From NCBI RefSeq assembly GCF_009914755.1, contig NC_060930.1: a stretch of DNA of 64,000 bases; one strand, 5' to 3'. This DNA is from the human T2T-CHM13v2.0 reference genome, Homo sapiens. The notes beneath the pieces are model-generated. The model made no database searches, was not told the origin of the DNA, and was given only the letters and a program-made list of their open reading frames with translations. Made by a program: the position numbers and the translations under genes. Position 1 is the first letter of the stretch; every line of letters begins with the position of its first letter. Shown here in pieces: positions 15,473 through 30,581 of this stretch.

Positions 15473-15724
15473 CTCTAGGTAATGAATGGGATAGCAAGGT
15501 AACACATACAAACCTCCAGGGTATGCATCTAGCACGGTGCTGGGAAGAAACTAAATAGGTGCTCATTATAAAGGCCGGAAGAATCCTTCCCACCTGTCAA
15601 GCATGAGCTTAGTATTCTCAGAGGCCTTCCCTTATTTTCTTCCATCCCCATTCCCTGCCTCCAAGACAGAAGGTTGCTCTTTTCTATGCCACAGAAGCAC
15701 TCTATTTTCCCTACATCCCCTTTG

Positions 15725-15736
15725 GTGTGTGTGTGT

Positions 15737-15788
<52 letters not shown>

Positions 15789-15796
15789 GTATATAT
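15725..15796 (+). repeat. (TG)n(TA)n microsatellite
   Basis: Read directly from sequence. Confidence 0.95.
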
Positions 15797-16011
15797 TGCT
15801 ATTAATACAGCATCATAATTATGTCTTTACAATATTCTCCTTGGCAAATTTTAAGCATCTTGGGGACAGGGTTGGTGCCTTATTCATGTCAATTTCCTGA
15901 CACACAAGGGGGTGTTCCATAAATATTTGTTAACTTGAATAAAAAAAATTCAATCGGCAATTCAGATGAGGGAAGAATGCCAGACTGCACACATCAAGAC
16001 AGAGCAGAAAT

Positions 16012-16146
16012 GAGGGAGAGGAAATCTGGAGGCGAGGGGAGAGGGGGCAGGAAGTGGGGGAAGGAGAAGGAGAAAGAAAAGAAAAAAGGGAAGAGGGAAG
16101 GGGAGGGAGGAGGAGGGGAGGGGAGGGAGGGAGGAAGGAAGGAAAA
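16012..16146 (+). repeat. GA-rich polypurine tract
   Basis: Nearly all purine, with GGGA/GGAA repeats. Confidence 0.9.
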
Positions 16147-17380
16147 CTTTGAAGCACACAGCTCATCCAGGCTTATGAAATAGCATTTCTCAGAATTTTT
16201 CCACTGGATTACTGTGCTTTTGAGGATAAAGTCCACATTTGTAAAACAGGGACAACGTATGGTTTGGGATTAGGGGTAGCTTTGGAAATACTTGTGCATA
16301 TGCTTGCTTGCCAGCCATAGTGAAGTTTGTAAAGGAAGCCTTTGATTCTGTTGTTTTGATATAATTACTTGCTTCATTAGAAAACAAAACAATAAGACCC
16401 TTGTACACACTCTGGAGTGTTCTCCCTAGATCAAGTCACCATTAATACAAACCAAATCTAAACATTTTCGGCAGAGTGTTAAGATAATTTAATTAGAAAT
16501 CTGTTTCTTAACAGGATCGATTTTTTTTTACTTCAACAGAGTGAAAAGCATACACAAATAAACTAATATTTTAGAGTTACATATGACAAATTTTTTTCTT
16601 TAATTACTAATATCAAAAGAGATACATTCAGGCTTAAGAATAAAACTATAAAAACTATACAAATTTACCATTGTACCTCTCTAGCTTTGATGTTATTAGG
16701 CAACTGTTTAAGGCTCATTTTCCCACTGAAACGGAAAAAACAAAAACAAAAACAGGACAAGACAAATCTCTAAAATGTAACCTCTTTTTAAAGATGACTG
16801 GGCAGAGCCTCAAAATAAAAGAAGTAAAGGAAAGAGAGATACAAAGGTGAGAAAAGTTAGGAAATTTTATTTGTCCTTCTCTTCACTTTATCAGAATGGC
16901 AAAATTAACAATATCATTCCAGTTTATTCCTTGGGTACCGGCAACATCTTATTGCTTATCTCTAGTGCTATCTAGAACCTTAAGCAACTCACTTTGTCCT
17001 CCCCTTTGTCCTATTAGAGACATCAGGCAAGGCAGCAGTATTAGGAAAAGGCATGTTTGATTACACCGTTCAAAAATCTGTCAGTTTTTTCCAGTTTTCT
17101 TTCAGACTTTCTTCCCCTACCGTAATTCCTGCTACGTTCTAAATTTTATTTTCATGAGGCCAACCAGTTGTTTCTAATATAGCGAATTAAATCTGTAACT
17201 CTCTTTCTTCAAAGTAATTAAAGAGAAACTTAGCATTCAGAAAAATAATATATATGTAAATTTAATTTAACAGGAATCCAGTGATTCTAATTAAGAAAAG
17301 GAGAACAGTCTTACCTACTGAGAAGAATCATGAGCATTTCTCCAGTTTGCAACAACGTTATTCTGATTCATAAACACACT

Positions 17381-17693
17381 ATATTAGTATTAGTATTAGT
17401 GGTAGTGGTAGTATTATTAAGACATGGTCTTGCTCTGTCACCCAGGCTGGAGTGCAGTTGCACAATCACAGCTCACTGTAACCTTGAATTCCTGGGCTCA
17501 AGCAGTCCTCCCACCTCAGCCTCCCAAGCAGGTAGGATTACAGGTGTGCACCACCATGCCTGGCTGTTTTTTTTTAGAGATGGGGTCTTGCTCTGTTGTC
17601 CAGGCTGATCTAAATCTCCTAGCCTCAAGAGACCCTCTCACCTCAGCCTCCCAAACTTGTGGGATTATAAGCATGAGCTACCTGTGCCTGGTC
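17381..17693 (-). mobile_element. AluJ with tail decayed to (TAGTAT/TAGTGG)n
   Basis: CTTGAATTCCTGGGCTCAAGCAGTCCTCCC; two arms visible. Confidence 0.9.
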
Positions 17694-17714
17694 TATTATG
17701 TAATCATTCTAAAC

Positions 17715-17925
17715 TTGCTCTATGCCAAGCACTATTGTTAAGCGCTTTGCCTGAATTAACTAATTTGATCCTCATAGCATCCCAGTAAGGGTGGGTTATT
17801 ATCCTCATTTTACAAATGAGGAAACACATCAGTGGGTTGGGTTCCTTGCCAAAGGTCACATTGCTAGGGGGAGGCAAGAAGCTGGATTTGAACTCATGTT
17901 TGCATCACTCCTCTATACTGCTTTT
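17715..17925 (-). mobile_element. MIR
   Basis: Core TTATCCTCATTTTACAAATGAGGAAAC...CTTGCCAAAGGTCACA...GGATTTGAACTC. Confidence 0.8.
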
Positions 17926-18391
17926 CCCTAGTGGAGTATGGAATGAGTATTCATGGGGACTGACCTGGTGCTCATGGACTTGCCCACTTCATGGTCCGTG
18001 ATGGAACAGACATGAGGAAAATCCCTTTCCCATCACCTACACTCAGTCTGATGGCACTGTGTTCAGGCCACACTAATGATGGCTAATTAATGAGAACAAA
18101 TGGATGGGTCAGTACCACCTGATGCCATATTGAAAAAATCTAACTCAAATTGGAAATTCTGCTCCCCAACAAGTCCCATAGCTCCATGAAGACAGGAAGT
18201 GTGTCCAATTTTAAACAATTTTCCTTGGTGTTTTCTTTTTAATCAGCTTCGGGGCCATCGTAGTGCCTTGTACAAGCACATAATCAACACAAGTGCGAAC
18301 TGAATTGATCTATGCCTTGGTAGCATTGCCCTTAAAAATTGCACTCTTAAATATGATGAGAAACTAGCTGTATATTAAAAGTGTAATTTAA

Positions 18392-18697
<306 letters not shown>

Positions 18698-19911
18698 CTA
18701 AGTATATTTGTCTGGTATCTATTCTGACTATGTTGTTAGTTGATTTTTCAATAGTCTAGGGTTTAAAAAAATGCATGTTGCTATTAATTGTAATGTGAGT
18801 TTTATAGAAAGAGGAAAAAGAGTGACCCAAGACATGAAAATAAAATTATTTTGAAATATTCATATGATGTAGGAAGGTTTTCTGTGTATATATCGTACTA
18901 ATGCTAATGGTACTTACTAGTTATTATATGGATTATTTATTAAAAGTATAAATTTTTATTAAGTGGTTCTAATTTTATAATTAGAGAAATTTTAAAGTAC
19001 CTGAGTTAAAATAATGACTTATTATTTAATTTGGCTTCCTTTCCTTGTAATTAAAATATTCAGTACTTTCTTTTTATCAGATTTATCTTTACTTCTTTAT
19101 TCATTGAGCTAGCTACAGTGGTTTCCATGCATAGATTCTTTTAATGTCCTATATACCTTCTGGAAAGTTAGGAAGTATTTTATGATGCATCACCAATGTT
19201 ATTTCAAAAACCCCAAATTAGCAGCAAACTTATACATAGGAAAAACAGAATGAGTCAGTGGATTGTTTTATATTATATGTCTCTTGAGAACAAGTCATCA
19301 AAAGTTACAGCATTTAAAAAAATGTACCATGTATATAGGAGAAATCTGTCTCAGCTACTGTCTGCTTTTAGTGAACATGATACTATGCTTACTTAATTGC
19401 TCAAAAAACTTTAGGCAATGCTAAGCAAGAATAGAAGGCTTTTTCCTAGGGTGGGGAAACAGGCTGATTGGCTTTACTTCCTTAATTATGGCTTCACAGT
19501 TTAGGCATTACAGAAATATTACATATCTGACTCTTAAGGTCTTTACCCATTTCATATTAGATCTTAGATTTCTTCATCCCATTATTGATCTAAAATGTCT
19601 CTAGCTCTCTCGGGTAAAGGAAGAACATGCCCATGTGTTGCATCAGGTAATTCCTATTATTGAAAAGCTGTGTTCAATCTAAAATGACCTTTTCTTGGAT
19701 TTTTTGTCAAGCTAGCTTTGCAACCCACATTAAATTGAAGCTTTTGTATGAGGACCGAGAAGCCCGTTGTTGCGTGGGCAATGACATTCTTAGGGTGTTT
19801 GCTCAGGACAGCCGGCCCTCTGGCCAGCTGGTGGCAGGAGCTGGAGCATTTGGCCGAGTAGTCATTGCTGCTTTTTTTAAGTCCACAGCAAAGACAGGGC
19901 ATTGGGTCTGA

Positions 19912-22374
<2,463 letters not shown>

Positions 22375-22417
22375 ACAATGAGATCACATGGACACAGGAA
22401 GGGGAATATCACACTCT

Positions 22418-22451
22418 GGGGACTGTGGTGGGGTCGGGGGAGGGGGGAGGG
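22418..22451 (+). other. L1 3'UTR G-rich tract (G-quadruplex-forming motif)
   Basis: GGGGACTGTGGTGGGGTCGGGGGAGGGGGGAGGG. Confidence 0.8.
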
Positions 22452-23485
22452 ATAGCATTGGGAGATATACCTAATGCTAGATGACACATTAGTGGGTGCA
22501 GCGCACCAGCATGGCACATGTATACATATGTAACTAACCTGCACAATGTGCACATGTACCCTAAAACTTAGAGTATAATAAAAAAAAAAAAAAAAAAGAA
22601 AAAGTTCATCTGTGAAGAGGATCTCTGTGCTTTCATAATCAGAACTCACAGCATCAGTACTTTTGAAGATGTCGAACAAGAATTTTGGGAGGGGCAGCAT
22701 GGAGATTTGGACTTTTCACAAAAATAAATTTGATAATCAGCATTGGTTTTACTTTAATTTTAGTGGTCCTTTATGATTGTACATGTTTATAGTGACAAAT
22801 TACGTCTGTGGGATTCGGGCAGGACTTTGAAAATGGCCTGATTATGTTAAGCTGCGTTAAGAGTTTTCTGGGAGGCTCACATGACTTCACTCAGAGAAAA
22901 TGCCCAAATGGTAAGAGAGGAACTCTCTTAATTGCCTATTTCCGCATGTTACTGTTTTCTTAAGCAAAGATTGTTCATTTACTTACCTTTTAAGTTTGTG
23001 TTTGCACTTCCAAGTTGAATTTTAAAACTTCTTCATTTAAAATAATAATAATAGTCACTTTAAAATTCTCTCATGATTAGAAAGACAGTTTCTCAAATTT
23101 TAACACTAATTCTATACTTGTCAGGTTTATTTTGGTTTACATTATATGCACTATTTTTCCCCTAAGACCTTAAAAACAACCTTATTTGAGAAATGTGAAT
23201 TATGTGATTAGAATGCCCAGTTTTACTGAACCCAGCAGAGTTCTAGTTACTGAAGATACACCAATGGCCTGCACCACTTAGAGCAACGACCAAGTAGTGG
23301 TCCCCTCTTAACTCTTTTACTGTCTGTGAGGTATGACCTTCTTTACACCCCCACATGCCTCTAGTATGCATTGAAGTCCAGCCTGCCCAGAGCTGTTAAG
23401 CAGCTATAACTAATAATTTCCATTCGACTATCTCATCCCTCTTCTCTTCTACTCTCTTGTCAGCTGAGTGTTCTATCCCCTAGAA

Positions 23486-23997
23486 CAGGGGTCCCCAGCC
23501 CCTGGTCTGTGGCCTGTTGGGAACCAGGCCACACAGCAGGAGGTGAGTGGTGGGCAAGCCAGGAAGCTTCATCTGTCCTCACAGCCACTCCCCATCACTC
23601 GCAAAACCGCCTGAGCTCCACTCCTGTCACATCAGTGGCCGCGTTAGATTTTCATGGGAGTGTGAACCCTATTGTGAACTGCGCAGGAGAGGGATCTAGG
23701 TTGCACGTTCCTTATGAGAATCCAGTGCCTGATGATCTGTCACCATCTCCCATCAACCCCAGATGGGACCATCTAGTTTCAGGAAAACAAACTCAGGGTT
23801 CCCACTGATTCTACATTACAATGAGTTGTATAATTATTTCCTTATGTATTGCAATGTAATAATAATAGAAATAAAGTGCACAATAAATGTAAGGCACTTG
23901 AATCATCCCAAAACATCCCCTTGTCCCCTGGTCCGTGGAAAAATTGTTTTCCATGAAACCAGTCCCTGGGTGCCAATAAGGTTGGGGACCTCCTTTG
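23486..23997 (+). mobile_element. MER1A (hAT-Charlie), near full length
   Basis: CAGGGGTCCCCA...TTGGGGACC terminal repeats; perfect 8-bp TSD CCCTAGAA (23478-23485, 23998-24005). Confidence 0.92.
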
Positions 23998-24019
23998 CCC
24001 TAGAACACTGGAGGAGGAA

Positions 24020-24178
24020 GCGGGTCACTTTCACAAGTGTGCAACTTACACACTCAGAAGATCCCTATGCCTGGCTGAAAGCTCTGCTGTTGCCATCTTA
24101 AAAATCTTAGTAATTTTTAAACAAGGGGTCCTGCATTTTAATCTTGTGCTGAGCCTCACCTTCTTCCCTGCTGGTTCT
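24020..24178 (+). mobile_element. MER91A-like (hAT-Tip100)
   Basis: GCTCTGCTGTTGCCATCTTAAAAATCTTAGTAATTTTTAAACAAGGGGTCCTGCATTTT. Confidence 0.65.
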
Positions 24179-24284
24179 GAGAGAGAAGAAGATGTGAGGA
24201 ACTGGGAAGGCCCTGAGCTCTGCAGAGTCTCTCTTCATCATTGTGAGTTTCATTTCGGAGTAGCTAGTCACTAGCCTCTAGTGC

Positions 24285-24452
24285 ACTGTTTCAGAAAGTA
24301 TGTCAGTGAACATTAATGCAAGAAGCACTTACTAAAAATGGTAGATTCCTCAGCCCAGAGAAATGAATTACGGTCTTCAGGGATGGGGCCAAGAAGTTTG
24401 TATTTTCATAGACTTCCCATGATTCTCAGTTCACTAAAGGCTGAGAACCTTT
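24285..24452. mobile_element. MER5-like hAT MITE
   Basis: AGATTCCTCAGCCC...GGGATGGGGCCAAGAAGTTTGTATTTT...GCTGAGAACC; diverged. Confidence 0.5.
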
Positions 24453-24894
24453 GGTTGGTGAATGGCACCTCTGAATTGACCCATCTCTAATTCTGTGACT
24501 CCATATTGGTGGGTTCACAACTAAAGGAGAGGAAACAAAAGAAAATAAATTCTATTATCTGCAGTACACTTTATGATACATTGTCAGAGGACAAAAATAC
24601 TGGTTTGTACTAGAAAAATAACTCTGTTTGACTTGGCAGAGAATAGTGATGTCTTCATTTGAGGCTAGGTTACTTTAAACCACTTTTTTGGGGAGTTCCT
24701 ATTTTCACTTATTTCTGCTACTACCATTAGAAAATGGAATATTTTAGCCAGGCAATTATGGGTGATCAAACAGCTATTTCAGCCAGTCACTGGCCCTGTC
24801 AGGGACTTTGCAAAGATCAATTGCGATGACAAGGATTGTTGTATTAAAATCAGATAATCAAGGCATCAATCATTGTTTAAAATAGAGTTTTGGC

Positions 24895-25150
24895 AGATAG
24901 TAGAGTTTAGTGATTAAGAGTCTGCATTTTGGAGGCAGACAGGCCCCAGTGGAAAGCAGACCCATCATTTAACAGCAGGACCTAATGAAATTCTTTTTTC
25001 CCAACAAACCCTAGGTTTTTATTTAAAAAAAAATCATTGATAAGGATATTAATAGATCTTACTTTATAAGGTTGTTTTGAGAATAAAACAAGACAGTCCA
25101 AGTGAAATCCTAGTGCACAATACCTGGCGCATAGTATTAAATATTAACTA
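24895..25150 (+). mobile_element. MIR
   Basis: TAGTGATTAAGAG...GGAGGCAGAC...GGTTGTTTTGAGAATAAA...GCACAATACCTGGCGCATAGT. Confidence 0.75.
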
Positions 25151-25787
25151 AATATTAAATACTAAATAAAATATTATTTTTTAACTGTCAAGAAAGATTT
25201 AAAAATTAAGATCTATGAAAACTTAAGAACTGAAGCCAAAATGAAATCCTGTAATCAAAGAAATTCCAGGTGTAATAGATAATCCTTGTATATTTTTCCA
25301 GATTGTGTACATGATAAACTCATTAATTCAACCTTACAACAGAGAAACCGACTTCAAATTAGTAGGCAAGCAAGCATGGAGGTACAAATGGTTATGCATA
25401 GGAAGACAGAAATACAATGTCAAAATGTATTTGACACATTTGTTTTGACAAGTGCAATGATTAATTTTCTGTGTCAATTTGGCTTGGCTATGGTGCCCAG
25501 TTGTTTGGTTACACAACAGTCTAGGTGTTTCCGTAAAGGTATTTTTTGATGTGTTTAATATTTAAATCAGTAGACTTTGAGTAAAGCAGATTACTCTCCA
25601 TCATGTGGGTAGTCTTTATCCAATCAGTTGAAGGCCTTAAGAAAAAAGACTGAGGTTTGTGCAAGAAGAAAGGAATTCTACCTCCAACTCAAGACTGCCA
25701 GCCTGCCCTGCAGATTTTGGGCTTGTAAGCCCCTACAATCACTGAACCAGTTCCTTAAAGTCTCTTTCCCTCTCTCCCTTTATATAA

Positions 25788-25789
<2 letters not shown>

Positions 25790-25837
<48 letters not shown>

Positions 25838-25849
25838 TAGATAGATAGC

Positions 25850-25898
<49 letters not shown>
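25790..25898 (+). repeat. Compound STR (AC)23 (GATA)3 GCTA (GATA)11
   Basis: Counted from sequence. Confidence 0.95.
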
Positions 25899-26057
25899 TT
25901 TTTTTTTCTTTTTGAGACAGAGTCTGACTCTGTCACTCAGGGTGGACATCAGTGGTAAGATCATTATCTCACTGTAACCTCAAACTCCTTAAGTGACCTG
26001 CTTACTGCAGCCTCCCAAAGTGCTAGGATTACATGCGTGAGCCACCATGGCCCAGCC
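25899..26057 (-). mobile_element. Monomeric Alu (FRAM-like or internally deleted AluJ)
   Basis: Right-arm-like 3' end joined to left-arm-like 5' end, ~160 bp. Confidence 0.75.
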
Positions 26058-26096
26058 TATATATGATATATTTATCATAATATATATATATAAAAT

Positions 26097-26444
26097 TTGG
26101 ACTGCTATAGCAACAATACCATAGTCTGGGTGGCTTGAAAAACAAACATTTTCACAGTTCCAGGGGCTGGGAAGTCCAAGATCAAGATGCTGGCAGGTTC
26201 AGTACCTGGTGAGGACCCTCTTCCTGATTCATAGATAGCCATATTTTCACTGCTGTTTCCTCACATGGTGGAAAGGAATGAGAGGGCTCTCTGGAGTCTC
26301 TTTTATAAGGACTGCGTTTCTGCTCTATCAAGACAACGCTTACCCCTCTAATCCCATTCATGAAGTTTTACTATCATGGCCTAATCACCTCCCAACGGCT
26401 CTACATTCTAATACCATCAATTTTGGGGTTAGAATTTCAACATA
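26097..26444 (-). mobile_element. MLT1A-like LTR fragment
   Basis: CTGGGTGGCTTG...GGCTGGGAAGTCCAAGATCAAG...CCTAATCACCTCCCAA...GGGGTTAGAATTTCAACAT. Confidence 0.8.
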
Positions 26445-26506
26445 CTACATCTCTATTTATAGATTAGTATCTAATATTAATGACATAGTTTATTATTAGT
26501 AGTCAC

Positions 26507-26732
26507 AGTTCTCTAGAGAAATAGGAACTATATAAAGATATATATACTAGATATATCTCTATATAGATATATATACATATATATATAGATATATATGTAT
26601 ATATATCTATATATTTACAGAGATTTATACATGTATCTATATATCTATATGTAGATATATTATCTAGTGTATAGATATATCTAGCATATATCTCTGTATA
26701 TCTATATATAGGTCCTATTTCTCTAGAGAACT
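26507..26732. repeat. AT-rich imperfect inverted repeat (fold-back) with TA/TAGA-rich arms
   Basis: AGTTCTCTAGAGAAATAGGAAC (26507-26528) is the reverse complement of GGTCCTATTTCTCTAGAGAACT (26711-26732) at 21/22. Confidence 0.85.
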
Positions 26733-26734
26733 AA

Positions 26735-26944
<210 letters not shown>

Positions 26945-27340
26945 TGATGTGATATTCCATTGAGCATTTGGCTCACAAAAATAAATATTTTGGAATGCAG
27001 TTATTTTAAGGAAGGACTTGGATATTGAATCCTCACTGCGATACCTGATGAAAACACTTTCCTGTAATGGAAATTAAAGATAAGATATTGCAGATCAACA
27101 AAGAATGTGTGTAGAGTCAGGACTGTTACTGCCCCCTGTTTTGTGCTTACCTCATATGCATTGCTCTGCCCTCCAGGCTGCGCTGAAGAAGCTGCGATTT
27201 CACAACTGCTTCTGCGCAAGCAATAGGGATAAAGAATTTTGCCTTTCCATGAAATGGCTCAGCCAGGGTAATTATTTATCTGCGCAGGCTGATGCCTTAA
27301 GCTTAGTGCCCGTGGACTCCTCCGAGAGCAGAGATGAGCG

Positions 27341-27350
27341 TGATTGACAG
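27341..27350 (+). promoter_or_regulatory. PBX-MEIS/PREP decamer TGATTGACAG
   Basis: Exact match to the known decameric motif, in a repeat-free, CpG-retaining segment; function not shown. Confidence 0.4.
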
Positions 27351-27999
27351 ATAGCTGCAACTCTGTCACCTGGGTAAAACCCTGCTGGTAATGAAGCATT
27401 CATACTCAGACCTCACCTTTCTGGACCTGCCAGGCTGCATTTGCTGGCAGCAACTCTGAAAGCCTTCCATGGGAAAATGATGTTTCAAAGGTGCCAATTA
27501 CAGCACGTATGTATTTCACCTTGAGAATTTCAATTGGCAAAGATAATATCATGGATTGCCCTTATAGTTTTGATGGGATGTTCATTTGTACTAAGAGATC
27601 TGATCGAAATGCTATTATTAATGGAGGCTTTTGAAAACAGTGCATGAAAAGCAATGGGGGATTGGTTTTTTTTAAAGCATGTCCTAAAAGACCATTTATC
27701 AGCTAGTGCTCAGCAAATGTTTAAAGAATAATGGTGCGCAAATAAGCATGTTCACCTAGAAACAAACTGGATTCTGATTCGCTGATGGAACGTTGTATGT
27801 AAATATAAATTAGCTTGTTCTAACCCGTGGCATTGGACACCTAGACGTGGTTTCTTTCCTTTTGCACAACACGGACCTGATGAGAAGGAAAACAGAACTT
27901 ACCTTGTTCCTGCTCTGTCAAGACAACCCTTACCCCTTTGTTATTTTGCTTCTTTTTAGGATAACTCTTAAGCAAAATAATGAAGCCAGAAACCAACAT

Positions 28000-28195
28000 G
28001 GTCATAAGTGAATGTTTATGGAACATCTGCTATGGGTCATGTGTTTTCCATATGTCATTTTATTTAATCTTCATAAAAATCCTGTGAAATATGAGAGAAG
28101 AAGCATTTTTGTTTCCATTTTCTCTAGAAGAAACTGAGATTCTAAGGTGTCAGGTAATCAGTCCAAGGTTGTCTAAATAGGTAAAGTTCCAACGA
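28000..28195 (-). mobile_element. MIR
   Basis: TTTAATCTTCATAAAAATCCTGTGAAAT...CCATTTTCTCTAGAAGAAACTGAG. Confidence 0.65.
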
Positions 28196-28242
28196 CTTTG
28201 TCTCTTTCCATTTATTTCTTCTCATGTAAGTACAAGTCAGTT

Positions 28243-28372
28243 CCTCTCTCTCTCTCTCTCTGTCTCTCTGTCTCATTGTCTCTCTGTTGCTCTTTCTCCC
28301 TCTCCTTCTCTTTCTTTCTCTCTGGGTCTCTCTTGCACACACACACACAGAGACACATACACACACAAACAC
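28243..28372 (+). repeat. (TC)n then (CA)n low-complexity repeat
   Basis: Read directly from sequence. Confidence 0.9.
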
Positions 28373-30408
28373 AGATGACCTCTGCCCCCTTCTGTACTTC
28401 CAGACCTCTGTTGTACTGGGTAAAAACATCTGATAAACTCCTTCACACTCGATTGGTAGAGACCTAATATACTGCGCCTTCCCTGAGCATTTTAATAGAA
28501 AAGGTCAAGGAGAGGGTGAAGCTTAGTAGAAAGAATTGCTTTGTGAAAGGATTCTCAAAATCTGTAAAGAATGTGGCTTTGGTCTGGACGTTTTCTCGGA
28601 ACCCCTCAGACAATCCCACTTGGGAACCTTGTCCTCTCCTTCAGCTCGTGGGTGGTTTTAATGTCCCAGCTTCTTGTCCAGCTGCTGTTCTCTGTCTCCT
28701 GGGCAGCTCCTCCTTGTCGTTCAGCCTTTACATCATACAGACTGTCCGTCATCCCAACAACTCAACAGATACTTTTTGAAGGCAATTCTAAGATACAAAT
28801 CAAAATTTTGGTTAGATTCTTGGTAAAATTGTACTAGATCCTGAAAAAAACATCTGATTTTAGAATTACCCTTAACTTGATATCCTTCTCATTCTCAAGG
28901 GCCTTTTCTTGGGCAAGGATGTTAATCTGTAGGCCTGAATACCCTAGACACTGGGGTAGATTCATTCTTCCTTTTTAACTTTTACTTGAGCAGTTTGACA
29001 CAGGTTTTAGATAAGCTGAGAAGCATGTCCACCTGCCATAACAAATAGGAAGACAAGCACCCTCTTCCATATGGATGACCCAATTCTACTATCTCAACCC
29101 AGCAGTGGCCCTGACAAGCAACAGAACCCCTTGGCTAGTTATTTTCAGAAATGACAGCTCTGTAGCAATTATGGCAAAACTAAGATCTTTGTTTTTGACA
29201 GGAACTCTTAACATTCAAAGGAAGAGTGAGACCCAGCAACACAACAGGGTGAGGCATTTCATTATTTAGGGCTAACTTAGGCAACGAAGTCATTCTAACA
29301 GGATCATTTAGATGCCACCTGACTCAAAATGAAACTTTCTCCAAGCCCCGCGTCAAGGTTCCCCGCGGCAGAGGTGGATAAGTGGTACATCAGACCCTCA
29401 CATTCTTCAGTGGCCTTGTCATATCCTCCCTGGGGACATAATACAGCATTGGAGCATCAAAAGTCCAAAATTGCTGCTTGCCTGTCATCTTCCTGTGGCC
29501 TCCATACGGTAGAGGTGTTCCTCCAGCAGTTGATTTTCAGAACAAAGCACCAGCTTGACTCCTGCTTGTCAGAGACCGAAGCCCCCTGAGCTTTCTTCCT
29601 TACAACAGCACACAATAGCTGCTGGCTGTGTTCTGCATCTCAATTCGGCAGTGTCTGCTCCCATAAAATCCTAGTTGAGAGCAACAGCCCACCAGGCCTG
29701 CCAAAATCGGCTCCTTGCGAATTCCTCACTTTGGGAGAATTCCTCACTTCAAGAAGTTACACGGGTACTTGGAATGTGTGACTTTAGCAATGCCCTCAAC
29801 TGAGCTATGAATTTAACATGATGCCCTTGGCTTCGATCTGGGGGGATCGATGTGAGAAACTACCACAGGAAGAATGCCCTGGCATTTTGCAGAGTGGCTC
29901 TGGCGGGCCCCATCCATTACATTGTCCAGTGCCCGATATGAATGCATGAGAAAGTCTTCTCAGACTTCCAGGCTCACCTAAAAGGGTTTTTCTTCCGATG
30001 AAAAGGTGTGTATTCGTTTATAAGATAATGAGAGCTCTTTAACTTATCATGTGTCTCTCCTTGCCTGAGCTGCAAAATCCCAGGGCTAAATTTTCTTCTC
30101 AGTTGTAGCGGCTTTCTTTTACTTAAGCTTAGGATAGAATGATTCCTATTCTTTGTCCTCTTATTACTTGGCATTTTGGTAGACATAGAGTTAGATATTA
30201 TCTTGTTGATTCTCCCAACCACATCCAAGAATATATTTATTATCATTATTTTATAGAGCAGGAAAATAAGGAGAGAAAGATGAAGTGATTTGCCCCAGTT
30301 GACAAAGTCCCATTAGGAACTTTGTTAGTTGTAAACAGTAAACAAAGGAATGGAAAAGTCACAGTGTGTAGTCATAGTACATGCTCTGAGTCTACGTAAA
30401 ATGTTTTT

Positions 30409-30581
30409 GGCCAGATGTGGTGATGCACACCTGTAGTCCCAACTACTTAGGCGGCTGAGGCAGAATGATCACTTGAGCCCAGGAATTCCAGGCTGCAGTG
30501 CGCTATGTTTGCCACTATGAATAGCCAAGCACTCTAACCTGGGCAACATAGCAAGACTCTGCCTCTAAAATTAAAAGAAAA
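30409..30581 (+). mobile_element. FAM (fossil Alu monomer)
   Basis: Single monomer retaining the 7SL-derived TGAATAGCC segment (30518-30526) that dimeric Alus lack. Confidence 0.75.

Noticed and set aside
19837-19863. GAGAFGRVV in ORF 19660-19911 resembles the KIT/CSF1R/PDGFR kinase glycine-rich loop and is in the same frame as L1 ORF2, one TGA upstream
   Set aside because: No VAVK lysine motif or other kinase subdomain follows, on either side of the L1. A 9-residue match is plausible by chance. TBLASTN against class III RTKs would settle it.
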